Positions 52,154 through 64,000 of a DNA stretch of 64,000 nucleotides are shown here, piece by piece. The position numbers and the translations under genes are program-made. The notes beneath the pieces were generated by a model, which saw only the letters and a list, made by a program, of their open reading frames with translations, made no database searches and had not been told where the DNA came from. The stretch's first letter is position 1; each line of letters starts with the position of its first letter. The stretch is from Chiloscyllium plagiosum (taxonomy: Eukaryota), in NCBI RefSeq assembly GCF_004010195.1, contig NC_057719.1:33441520-33505519 (forward strand), read 5' to 3'.

Positions 52154-53024
52154 GTGAGCAGACTTCTGGTTCTAGTCCTCATCAGCTTCAGATAGTTTGA
52201 GTGATTTGCATTTGCTTTGCTAGAATCAGCACGGACTCTGTGGCCGATTTGGCTGAACTTGCTGTTGGAACATGGTGTTCATTGCAGAAACCCAGGAACC
52301 TCAAAAGAAAAAGGGAAACACAACTGGAGCAGGGACCTATTACCCTGGTCAGGTATTTTGATTTTCCTTTCAGCTTGGAGGTGTCCTCACACTTACCTAG
52401 ATCTTCCAAACTCTCCAAGAGCCAAACTGTCTGAATTAACAGCCATAGAGCTTCAAAAGATAACATTCACTCATTATTAGCCTCAAAGGTGAAAAATTAG
52501 CAGCATCGTCTTTCCAAATTATAATTTAAAATCTGTTAGTATCACAAGTTCAGACAACAGAGGCCAGGCAACTCATCAACCCTGTGCCTGTTCTCTTAAA
52601 AAGTCACCAGTTAATCCCACCCTGCAAAATGCTTTAATTAGCTCTCGTGTCTCTACATTTAAAAAAAAATGTTTTGATAACAGTGTCTATAAGAAGTTAT
52701 AATTTGGGAAGTGCCACATGAATAGATATGCGAAATGTAAACTGAAATATTGATGGATACCAGAGCTAGGAATACAGATGTATCCTGATATGGATAGTTC
52801 AACATGGATGCTCTGTGATGCAATCAGAGCTGTGTTTCCTTAAAGTGATGTATGATATTTTATTGTATTCTTTTACTGATAATTGTTTTATTAATTCAGT
52901 TCTGTAATATAGGTTTCTACCTTTGTCAATGCAGTGCGCCAAGTACATTTTAAAGTGCCATCACTCAAATCGTTTCATAAGTGCAGTTGCTAACACTAGG
53001 ATACAATTACCGTGTCTGAACAGC

Positions 53025-53250
53025 CACAGAAACACAAATTGCTGGAAAAACTCAGCAGGTCTGGCAGCATCCATGGAGAAAAAGTAGAGTTAACATTTTG
53101 AGTTCAGTGACCTTTCTTCAGAACTGGACTCTGGTCATTGAATCCGAAATGTTAACTCTTTCTCTGTCTACAGGTGCTACCTGATCTGCTGAGTTTGCCC
53201 ATCAAAGTTTGTTTTATTTTCTGATTTCCAGCATCTGCTTTTTTTGTTTT
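53025..53250. mobile_element. Penelope-derived fold-back element (third family)
   Basis: Inverted arms aaactcagcaggtctggcagcatc...agagttaacatt / aatgttaactct...ctgctgagttt; decayed hammerhead core on the minus strand. Confidence 0.72.
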
Positions 53251-53376
53251 TTATGACTGAACAGACCTTGCTGTCAAACACAGCATGGTCTTAAGGGAGA
53301 GCCGGTATTTGATAACTGAAATGTGAACTAAATTGCAATGGTTAGCAAAAGGTAAATAAACTAAATGTAACAATAG

Positions 53377-53688
53377 TTAGATTAGATTACATTACAGTGT
53401 GGAAACAGGCCCTTCGGCCCAACAAGTCCACACCGACCCGCCAAAGCGAAACCCACCCATACCCCTACATTTACCCCTTACCTAATACTATGGGCAATTT
53501 AGTATGGCCAATTCACCTGACCCTGCACATCTTTGCAAGGTGGGAGGAAACTAGAGCACCCGGAGGAAACCCACGCAGACACGGGGAAAACGTGCAAACT
53601 CCACACAGTCAGTCGCCTGAGGCGGGAATTGAACCCGGGTCTCTGGCGCTGTGAGGCAGCAGTGCTAACCACTGTGCCATCGCGCCAC
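53377..53688 (-). mobile_element. Full-length HE1/V-SINE
   Basis: tRNA head (reverse of gggttcaattccc), V-domain, (tagat)n tail. Confidence 0.93.
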
Positions 53689-54459
53689 TCATAAGTTACT
53701 TTTGATCCAGTCCAAAAAGCGACAGCAGAAAGGATCCCTTTTCAAATATTGGATAGGAGCATGAAGCAAACTCCCATGATAAATGAACTCAATGTATTTA
53801 AACTTGCTAGGTAAGCAGCAAAACAAACAAATGAGCTGGTGTTGTCCAGCGTCCTACAGGTTTGTTCTTACCAGAGTGTTCAAGATTCTGATCAACTGGA
53901 ATCTTGAACCTGCACTTGCTGGAAATTGGCACAAGATTTCCTGCAGGAACTTCTTATTAAGAATGGTAGGCTAGCTTTCGAAGTTGCTGGCCAACTCAGA
54001 GGGCCAGCAGCCCTGGAACCTTGGAAGTCCCAGCTGGACGGCTGTCTTTGGAACATGGTTCCTCAGGATCTGAATGCTTCCTGTTTTGCCAGAGGGAGGC
54101 TGTGTCCATTGAGATGGCAGCATCTGTGCATGATAAGGAGCTATTCCACCAGCAAAATGCTAATGAGGCCATAAACATCCGTCCTGTGAGACAGGCTGAC
54201 TCAGTCCGATTGCTAGCACTTTGAGACATAAATGAAGAGGGAATTTAACAATCAGGGGCAGGAGTAGATAAAAAGGTGGCGAGAAACTTGTTCAGGTAGT
54301 TTTTTTTTTAAACTGTTGGTTGAGTCTAACATCTACTTAGCTCAAAAAAAAGACAACATGCTACTGTGTCCAAATGCCAAGATGGTGTTATCTAATCTGC
54401 TTGAAACTGGAAACTTCTAATCACCATAACATATTCATCTCTGCAGTGTACCAACAAAA

Positions 54460-54990
54460 TGATTTGGAGATGCCGGTGTTGGACTGGGGTGTACAAAGTT
54501 AAAAATCACACAACACCAGGTTATAGTCCAACAGGTTTAATTGGAAGCACTAGCTTTCGGAGCGACGCTCCTTCATCAGGTGGTTGTGGAGGACACAATT
54601 GTAAGGCACAGAATTTATAGCAAAAGTTTACAGTGTGATGTAACATTAAAAAATACCTTGATTGTCTGTGGAGTCTTTCATCTGTTCAAATACCATGATA
54701 GTTTCTCTTCTTTCATGTGTAAAGCACAAAACTGTTTTTTAAAAGTTGCATTCTCAGGTTAACTGTAACAATTGGCATTAGCTAGACAATATGCTAAAGG
54801 TGTTAGCCCCATGATGTTTAGATCGATTCTAATCTAAAAAGTGAGATAACAGAGTTTTACATGAATTCATGCAATTTTTGAGCAAAATACAATGTAACTC
54901 TGCAAGTACAAATTCATCCCACAAACGTATGTGTGTGTGTGTGTGTGCACGCGTGTGTGGGTCTGTGTGTGTGTGTGTGTTGGGGGGGGT
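54460..54990 (-). mobile_element. Penelope-like terminal region (second family) with internal (TG)n
   Basis: Same terminus as at 51610, 22390 and 55716; carries an intact hammerhead core; TG microsatellite at 54929-54980. Confidence 0.7.
54548..54582 (-). ncRNA. Minimal type I hammerhead ribozyme, intact core
   Basis: Minus strand CAC-CTGATGA-A-GGAGC-GTC-GCTCC-GAAAG-CTA-GTG: helix I CAC/GTG, helix II 5 bp, palindromic AGCT in place of helix III, CUA cleavage triplet. Confidence 0.75.
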
Positions 54991-55514
54991 TAATGAGCTC
55001 ATGGATGGTCATAGTGAATGAGACCAGCTTGACATGCCATATCCCATTGCCTATATTACTAGCCTCAGATGCTGCTCAATTCAACCTAAATCATTCACAT
55101 GATTTGCTTCACCTTCACATTTATCACTGCAGCAACTCACATCAAACATTAATAGGGATGTCCAAATCTAATGTGCATGCTGAAATCCATTGCAGGTGTC
55201 CGGTGATGATATCTGAGAGAAAGAGTAAACTGTTGTTGGCTTCAATCAAAGAGTTCCTGTGGCAGCTGACTGCCTCAGGCTTGAAATCACTGTCAGCAGA
55301 GTGATAAGACACAAAAAAAAGAGTCAACACTCATTTGATTTTGAAAGGTTCTGTCTTGTCTCAGCTCTTTTTGGTCAGCTTGTTTTCTGGCTTGCAAAAT
55401 CCTAACACTAAATTCAGAGTCTCCAAAACTAAATTGGTTGAAAAGCCACATTTGCTTTGATTTATCTATCTGGAGTTCCTTTTCTGTTCTCAGTATCCCA
55501 TCTAAGTCCAGCCA

Positions 55515-56562
55515 ATTAGGGTATATAGTTAGTAAGTTTGCACATGACTCTAAAATTGGTGGTACAGTGGTCAGTGAAGAAGGTTATCTAAGATTACAAA
55601 GGAATCTTAATCAATTGGGCCTAGAGACTGATGAGAGGTAGATGGAGTTTAATTTGAATAAATGTGAGGTATTACATTTTAGTAAGATGAACAAGGGCAA
55701 GACTTTTACAATTAACACCTGTTGGACTATAACCTGTTGATATGTGATTTTTTAAATTTTATACACCCCAGTCCAACACCAGCATCTCCACAGCATGTAT
55801 ACAATTAATGGTATGACTCTGCCGATTTTTGCCACATAGACTCCTAGGGGTTCAGGTACATAGTTCTTTGAAAGTTGTGTCACAAGTAGACAGGGTGGTA
55901 AAGAATGTACTTGGCATGCTTGCCTTCATTGCTCAGACCATCGAGTATAAGAGTTGGGATGCCATGCTGCGGTTGTACAGGACGTTTGTGAGGCCACCTT
56001 TCTGCACACTGCTGTGTACAGTTCTGATTGCCCTGCTATAAGAGGGATATTATTAAATTGGAGAGGATGCAGGAAAGATTTATAAGGATGTTACTGAGAC
56101 TGGAGGGTTTAAGTTATAGGGAGAGGCTGAATAGGCCAGGACTTTGTTCACTGGAGCATAGAAGGTTGAGGGGTGAACTTATGGAGGTTTATGAAATCAT
56201 ACAGGGCATAGACAGGCCATTAGCAAAGGTCATTTCCCTAGGGTAGGGGAATTCAAAACAGAGGGCATATTTTTATTTGGATAAATGTGAGATATTACAT
56301 TTTGTAAGGAGAAAGATTTAAGAGAGATGTGTGGGCAATTTTTTTCAGAGGGTGGTTTATATGTGGATTGAATTGCTAAAGAAAGTGGTAGATGAAGATA
56401 CAATTACAACACTTAAAAACAATTGAACAGGTTTATGAATAGGAAAGGTTTAGAGGGATACAAGCCAAACACAGGCAAGTGGAACCAGTTTAATTTGGGA
56501 AAACTTGGTCAGCATGGATGAGTTGGACTGAAGGGTCTGTTTCTGTGCTATATGACTCTATT
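55515..56562 (+). mobile_element. CR1 LINE 3' part with a PLE fragment inserted (55716-55799)
   Basis: VSKFAHDSKIGG, LGVQVHSSLKV, HRRLRGELMEVY; insert TSD tacaattaa at 55707-55715 and 55800-55808. Confidence 0.9.
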
Positions 56563-59500
56563 AGGGGCTCTCAAGAATGCAAGTGTGCGCATCTAGAGTT
56601 TCGCATAATAAAGTTTTGCAGTTGACCAGAAGAGAACACAAAGATGCCAGTGCTGAGTCACTATGGCCACCCCAAACCAGAGTGCTGCCCTACAGGGTTG
56701 ATCTCCATCAGAATAGAAAAAGATTGAAGTCTTGGTTCTAAGTTGATTGGGCAATTGATGTTGCATAATGTGTTATTATGGACCTGCCAAACTCAAACAT
56801 CAGATTACAATTTACCAATTTAGTTCCAGTCTGCCATTATCAAACTTGCCAATTCAAAGATAAGTCAACTGCAAAGAGTAATGCTTCCATTCAAAATGAG
56901 AAAGCTATTAGAATTATGTTGATGATCTGTTATAAATTTCAAACCTAATGTCATCAATGCTCCCAATTGCATAGCATGAAGACAGAGAACAGAAGGAGCA
57001 GATATTTTTCTCTGGTCTAACAATTTGATTTGTTTTCAACCACCAAACATGGCCCCAATTGCATTGGAGTAACATTTTTCTAGGCTTCGTCATGTTGCAA
57101 ATTAAAATTGATTGTAGGGCAGTTCGACCCCATCTCAGAATCTTTACAACACAGAAGGAAGCCATTCAGCCTATTACATTCTCCAGGCGCTCCAAATGAG
57201 TTTTTCTCCTGTATTGTCCCATAATTCTGTGCATTCTTCCTTTATAAGTAACAACAAAACTTCCTTTTGAGTGACTCAGTTAAACCTGCCTACATCACAT
57301 TCTCATGAAGATTATTCCAGATCCTAAACACTCACTGCATGAAAAGGCTTTTCCTCACATCACTTTTGTTTTCAATCTGTGTCCTTGCAGTTGTTCTTTT
57401 CTCAAGTGGAAATCTTTTGCTTATGTACTCTGTCTGGACCTCACTGGATTCACTAAACTTGGTTTAGAGCCCTTACAGCAATCAAAGAGGGATGAATTGC
57501 AGCACATTAAACTTATTTGTATTAAGAGTAGGGTTCACAGAAATTTAGTAAAAATGTGTACTATTCATTTCTGTCTTTTATTGCCATTTAGGTTCAAGGT
57601 TCCTGTGAATATTTCTTGCTCCAAAAACTGCAAGGAACTCTCTAACAAATTACTTCAAATGTTCGATCAGATTTTTCAATGTCACTTCCTCCTCATTACA
57701 TGACACGTTAGTGGAAGTTCTAATAAGACGACACTTTGAGACACAAAGCAAGAACACTCCAATTAGAAAACATTAGTCCTGTTTGTTATATATTGCTACA
57801 TGTCTTAGACATTTGCATTATGTATGACTCTTTAGTTTCATTTCACATTGAAGACCATAGAATTAAAAAGAGTCTATCCAAGCTCTTTTCCAGCAATTCT
57901 TCATCATAAATTAATTATCAAAGCTCTTTTTCATGAAGCCTAAAGACTAATTTATTTAGAATTTTGTTTATTAGTTACAAGAGAACCTCTAAAAGAGCTT
58001 GTATTTCTAAGATAGTTTTCACACAAAAGAATTTTATTGTTTTTTGAAGATTGGCCATAGGAGTCATGTTGTTGGCAATCACAGAACCACTCAAGCAAGA
58101 TTCAACACCTTCAGCAGGGGAGAGGAAATGATCGCCCTCCCATCAGGACAAATATAACATACTGCAGAAATCTGATATAAAACCAAAGTACTGGAAAAAC
58201 TCAGCAGGTCTGCCAGCATCTGCGAAGAAAGAAACAAGGTTAATATTTCAAGTGCGATCGGAATGTTCTTTAGAATTTCAGAATCTCCAAGATAAAAAAA
58301 GTCTGAGCACTGGATGTTTTTCAGAGAAATGCTTCAATCAGCACAGCCATCATATGCAAGTACTTAACATGAAAGAAATTGTAAAATGCCAAACAGCACA
58401 AAAATATCAGATGATCAAACATTGGCTGTTTACCAGTTCAGTCAGAAATTATCAGCTTTCAGCTGAATTTTGTCAAGTCACACTGTTTCTCTGATTGTAA
58501 ATTTCGGTCATGTTTTGCAAAGGGCACTTGACACGTAATTATCTGTAAGCCTTAGCTGCTACTTGCTTCTGTCCAAGAATAAATCACTAATAAGGGACAC
58601 ATTTCAAAGAGATCACAAAATACAAAGACAAAAGACACATTTTAAAAAGTAAATGTTCATCTCAATGAGAAAGGCCACAATATATTTAAGCAAATGATCA
58701 ATTCTAAAATGAGATGCCTGGTCATCCTGTTTTTGGTGGGAAGGGGGGCGGGGGGGGGGGTGTTGGTGGTGTGGAATATATTAAGATTTGGCTTATATTT
58801 CTGAAATCACTCATCACTGAACTAATCATTACTGCCTCAGATATCGCGATTGTTCTCTCAAACTTTGATTCATTTGCATGTAATGATTTGGATCACAAAA
58901 AATCATTTTTGTGCAATCATTTATATAACCAAGTCACACATCACCACTCAAGTTTATTAGAGTAATCAACTCAAGACTGTTCCCTTATTGTTATTAGATT
59001 TGATTCACATTAAAATTCGTGGAATGATTATATACATTTATTTTCAAATTCCAAGGCTCAATAAATCTGATCTAAATCAAAGACCCAGGAATGCAATCAT
59101 GCTGCAACCTGTCATATTTTGAGAGAACTTTACAAGATAAAATGCTTAGTATAGAATTCCTTCAACTTCTCAAACTCCAGCAAACACTAAAAGTTACCCT
59201 GAGTATTAAATTCTCCAAAATAAATTTCAACAGCAGCCTAAAGTAGTCAAGGCTATATTCATAACAGCTTACTTCATCCTTTGAAGATAACAGCCCACGC
59301 AGTGCCTTTTCTTTGACTCTGCTTTTAATGTACATTCAGCAATTCTTCACTTCAGTATCTGGATGGTAATTGATGTTGGCAATGACACAATTCAATTCCA
59401 GGTATTATAAAGTTCAGTGACATTTAAAGTCATACATTATGTGAACACTAATGAACTCTACACAATTTAAAAAGTGACAACTTACACGTTTATAGACAGT

Positions 59501-59777
59501 TTAATGTAACAAAACACCCTACAACACTTCAGGCAGTTAATAGTGCTGGGAGAAATCTTAGAGAAGGCAATATCAAAGAGATAAATTTTAGGGCAAAATA
59601 ACCAAAGTACTGCAGGTGATAGAAGCCTGAAATAAGGGAATATTAGAAAAGTATCCTTCTGCCAACTCTACCTGACTTGTTAACCATTTTAGATGTTTTT
59701 GTTTCCATTGAAAATTTAAAGGTGGTTTTCAAAGCAGGGAAGAGGCGATATGGTGGAGGCATTCAGACAAGAGTATC

Positions 59778-60300
59778 TGAACATAAGAACTTGGAGCAGG
59801 GGTAGGCATTTCAGCCCCTCACGCCTACTCTGCCATTTAATACGATCATGGCTGATCTCATCTTGCCCTCATCTCCACTTCCCTACTCATTCTTCATAAC
59901 CATTCAACTAATTATTAATGAAAAATCTGTCCATCTCCTCCTTATGTTTACTCCATGCCCCAGCATTCATCATACTCTGGGTTAGTGAATTCTATAAATT
60001 CACAGTCCTTTGAGAGATGTGATTCCTCCTCATCTCGGTTTTACATTTTCCAATGCTTATTCTAAAACTATGATCTCTCATTCTAGATTGCCCAATGAGG
60101 AAACACCCTTTCTATGTCTAATTTGTCAATCCCCTAGCATCTTATACACTTTGATTAGATCTCCTCTCATTCGTCTGAGCTGGAGAGTATAGATCTAAAC
60201 TGCTCAAGCTCTCTTCATTAAAAAAAGGCCCACATCTCTGGAATCAATCTATTGAACCTCCTCTGAACTACCCCCAATATAAGTACCTACCTCTTCAAAT
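59778..60300 (-). mobile_element. Old CR1 3' fragment
   Basis: gaacataagaacttggagcaggggtaggc... reverse tail and agatctcctctcattc. Confidence 0.75.
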
Positions 60301-61157
60301 AATTTTTTTTAATGTGTGTAATTCCAAATGAGAATTTCACAGCTGAAGCTAGAAAGGATATTGAGGGAGAGAGCAAATTGAGGTTTCAGACAATCCAGAG
60401 CAGGAGAAGAGACATTAAAAGGCCATGGAGGGACTTACAGATGAAGACAAAAACTTTATGGCCAATTCAATATACTGCCACTGAGATCTAACATAGGACA
60501 GGAGTGATAGAAGAGTGAAATTTTGCATTTGAGCAAGTTATCCCAAATATCTATTTTTAAATTGACTCATTTTTAGATAGGAATACATTTAAAGTACACC
60601 AATGTCCCTTTTTAAATGCATTAATTACTTTTCTGTGCAGAGAGCATAAAATAACTCATTAACCAGAAGGTACAAGATGGCCCAAAATTGATGAAAGGAA
60701 ATAAAATTTGTATTATCTTAATGTTACTACTCAATTTCATCTAATTGTGATCATGGGACAATATAGGGAAAATAAATTGAACATGACCAAGTTAAGCAGA
60801 TTTTCATATCCTGATATAATGGCTAAGGACAGTGTGTATGAACACTTAGCCATCAGATTTCAGTGTCAAGCCTAAATAATGCAACAAAATTATGATAAGG
60901 CATACATAGAAACAATTTGTCATCAATGAATTAATTTTATTTTTAAAATCACACTCCATGCTGTCTAAATGCTCCTCCCAGTGAGAAGGTGATAGAAATG
61001 ACAGTTAAGCAAGTCCAATTCCATTGCCATGCACTGCCATTTTAACTGCAAGGTTTTTAGCATTACAGCAACCTTGCACTGTCGAGCTGGGACTTCATTC
61101 CTCGACAACAGTTGGAGTTCAGTGACTTCATTCAGGCTCTGATGTGTTTTTAAGAGA

Positions 61158-61438
61158 ATGGCACAGTGGTTAGCACAGTGGTCTGCTACAGTGCCAGAGA
61201 CCCGGGTTCAAATCCCACCTCGGGCAATTGTCTGTGTGGAGTTTGCACCTTCTCCCAGTGTCTGTGTGGGTTTGCTCCGGTTTCCTCCCACAGTCCAAAG
61301 ATGTGCAGGTCAGGTGAATTGGCCATGCTAAATTGCCTGTAGTGCTAGGTGTAGGGGATGGGTCTAGGTGGGTTGCTCTTCGGAGGGTCAGTGTGGACTT
61401 GTTGGGCCAAAGGGCCTGTTTCCACACTAAGTAATCTA
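61158..61438 (+). mobile_element. HE1/V-SINE
   Basis: tggcacagtggttagc A-box, gggttcaaatccc B-box, V-domain, tail. Confidence 0.92.
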
Positions 61439-62152
61439 AAAAACTTTAGATTGTACCAATCACTGTTTCATCTGCCAGTGAAATTATACATGAGGAAGAG
61501 TCGACAGCTGAGTACTAATTTTATTATTTTTAAATGTATGTTGATGGCAAAGAAGACATTTAGTGTCTTTTGGCAATAAAAGGAAACATTGGGTCTTCAC
61601 AGCTCCTCCCTCTTCTAACTGTGATTGATTGCCTTCTAACCACTAACTCTCATACTTGTGTTGGTGCTGGGGGTTATTCCTTCAGGTCCCTGCTGGTGGC
61701 CTCCTACCACGTGAAATCATGTGGTCACTCTGATCACTCACCCAGCAATTCTCACCAGGAACCCATACTGCAATGTTTTAATGATGTCCTCTGTTAAAAT
61801 GACCTGAGCATCACAAAGTTGCCATCCAAGGCAATATTCATTCAGCTCAGCTTTTACCTACTGCACTAAAATCAGGCTCTCATTTTGGAATCTCTGTTTA
61901 ACAATTGATTATTTATCACATGATTTATCTTTAATTTAATTTTGTTCAATTTTGCACAAAAGGACACTACTGCAAAAATGCTATGTATCCTGCAATCCAC
62001 AGTGGTGCATTCATGTTGTGAAGTGAGGCTCATCTCTGTCTATTTTATCAACATGGCATGCTCTTCCACTTAGGGAGGAGTGCCTAACCAAGAGAACTGG
62101 TATCCATTCAGTGAAGCTGAACAAAAATATTGCTTCTCCCAAAATAATTTGT

Positions 62153-62471
62153 GGGTGGCACGGTGGCACAGTGGTTAGCACTCCTGCCTCACAGCACCAG
62201 AGACACAGGTTCAATTCCTACCTCAGGCGACTCTCTGTGTGGAGTTTGCACATTCTCCCCGTGTCTGCGTGGGTTTCCTCCGGGTGCTCCGGTTTACTCC
62301 CACAGTCCAAAGATGTGCAGGTTAGGTGAGTTGGCCATGCTAAATTGCCCATAGTGTTAGGTGAAGGGGTAAATGTAGGGGAATGGGTCTGGGTGGGTTG
62401 CTCTTCAGAGGGTCGGTGTGGACTTGTTGGGCTGAAGGGCCTGTTTCCACACTAAGTAATCTAATCTAATC
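62153..62471 (+). mobile_element. Full-length HE1/V-SINE
   Basis: A and B boxes, V-domain, (aatct)n tail. Confidence 0.93.
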
Positions 62472-62474
62472 ATA

Positions 62475-64000
62475 TAAACTGGAACCAACGGCATAGGAAG
62501 GGAAAAGGTTAAGATTCTGAAGGGAGATTACAGAGAGTTAGGCAGGAATTAAAAAAGGTGATCCTCAAGAATAGTAATATCTGGATTACTCCCAGTGCTA
62601 CGAGCTAGTGAGGGTAGGAATAGGAGGATAGATCAGATGAATACATGGCTAAGGAGCTGGTGTATGGAATAAGGATTCACATTTTTGGATCATTGGAATC
62701 TCTTTTGTGAAGTGACCTGTACAAGAAGAATGGATTGCATCTAAGTTGGAAGTGGACTAATATACTGGCAGGGAAATTTTCCAGCAATAAAGTTTCAACT
62801 TTGATCTCCAGCATCTGCAGACCTCACTTTCTCCTCTTCACATTTTTGGATCATTGGAATCTCTTTTGTGAAATGACCTGTACAAGAAGAATGGATTGCA
62901 TCTAAGTTGGAAGTGGACTAATATACTGGCAGGGAAATTTGCTAGAACTGCTCAGGAGGATTTAAACTAGTAAGGTGGGGGATGGGGGGGAATCCAGGGA
63001 AATTGTGAGGAAAGAGATCAATCTGAGACTGGTACAGTTGAGAACAGAAGCGAGTCAAACAAACAGTCAGGGCAGGCAGGGACAAGGTAGGACGAATAAA
63101 TTAAACTGCATTTATTTCAATGCAAAGGGCCTAACAGGGAAGGCAGATGAACTCAGGGCATGGTTAGGAACATGGGACTAGGATATCATAGCAATTACGG
63201 AAACATGGCTCAGGGATGGGCAGGACTGGCACTGAATGTTCCAGGATACAAATGCTACAGGAAGGATAGGAAGTGAGGCAAGACAGGAGGGGAGTGGCAT
63301 TTTTGATAAGGGATAGTATTACAGCTGTGCTGAGGGAGGATATTCCCAGAAATACATCCAGGGAAGTTATTTGGGTGGAACTGAGAAATAAGAAATGGAT
63401 GATCACCTTATTGGGATTGTATGATAGACCCCCTAATAGTCAGAGGGAAATTGAGAAACAAACTTGTAAGGAGATCTCAGCTATCTGTAAGAATAATAGG
63501 GTGGTTATGGTAGGGGATTTTAACTTTCCAAACATAGATTGGGACTGCCATAGTGTTAAAAGTTTAGATGGAGAGGTATTTGTTAAGTGCATACAAGACA
63601 ATTTTCTGATTCAGTATGTGGATGTAGGTGCAAAACTTGACCTACTCTTGGGAAGTAAGGCAGGGCAGGTGACTGAGGTCTCAGTGGGGGAGCACTTTGG
63701 AGCCAGCGATCATAATTCTATTCGTTTTAAAATAGTGATGGAAAAGGATAGACAAGATCAAAAAGTTGAAGTTCTAAATTGGAGAAAGGCCAATTTTGAC
63801 AGTGTTAGGCAAGAACTTTTGAAAGCTGATTGGAGGCAGATGTTTGCAGGTAAAGGGATGGCTGGAAAATGGGAAGCCTTCAGAAATGAGATAACAAGAA
63901 TCCAGAGAAAGTGTATTCCTATCAGGGTGAAACAAAAGGCCGGTAGGTATAGGGAATGCTGGATGACTAAAGAAATTGAGGGTTTGGTTAAGAAAAAGAA
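62475..64000 (+). mobile_element. CR1 LINE: ORF1 SGNH-esterase C-terminus and ORF2 APE endonuclease (disrupted; runs off the window)
   Basis: IVISGLLPV...MNTWLRSWC..GFTFLDHW...NGLHLS, then LNCIYFNAKGLTGKADELRAWL, DIIAITETWL and VVMVGDFNFPNIDW, with stop codons. Confidence 0.9.
62780..62836 (+). mobile_element. 57-bp Penelope-like terminal fragment flanked by a 104-bp duplication
   Basis: Insert ends gatctccagcatctgcagacctcactttctcc; 62676-62779 is repeated at 62837-62940 with one mismatch. Confidence 0.8.

Noticed and set aside
58737..58772. G-runs with G-quadruplex potential (also at 15261)
   Set aside because: Simple homopolymer tracts with no further support for function.
62153..62230. 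tRNA-like A/B boxes (also at 61158, 53610-53688, 43049)
   Set aside because: They are SINE heads continuous with SINE bodies, not tRNA genes.

Overview
Repeat-dominated vertebrate genomic DNA (intronic or intergenic), almost certainly from an elasmobranch, as inferred from HE1/V-SINEs, abundant shark-type CR1 LINEs and a DeuSINE. There is no intact long ORF: the ORF track is mostly decayed retroelement fragments and chance frames. The window contains many 5'-truncated CR1 LINEs (one retains ORF1 esterase and APE endonuclease remnants), an RTE relic split by two CR1s, two PIF/Harbinger Myb/SANT gene relics, a clean 757-bp solo LTR with a 4-bp TSD, and a few candidate exons of an unidentified transcript. 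Two things stand out. (1) At 18.9-20.9 kb, an array of Tx1-like non-LTR retrotransposons has inserted repeatedly at one motif (AAACA[A/G]GAG) next to the TATA box of a solo LTR; one copy apparently carries transduced target sequence, suggesting a LINE that targets another transposon's LTR. (2) A population of Penelope-like elements and short fold-back derivatives carries minimal hammerhead-ribozyme cores (one fully intact at 54548-54582, minus strand), asymmetric inverted arms, 9-15 bp TSDs and one 104-bp flanking duplication. Boundaries of decayed repeats are approximate, and family names come from recognition by eye, not from database searches.
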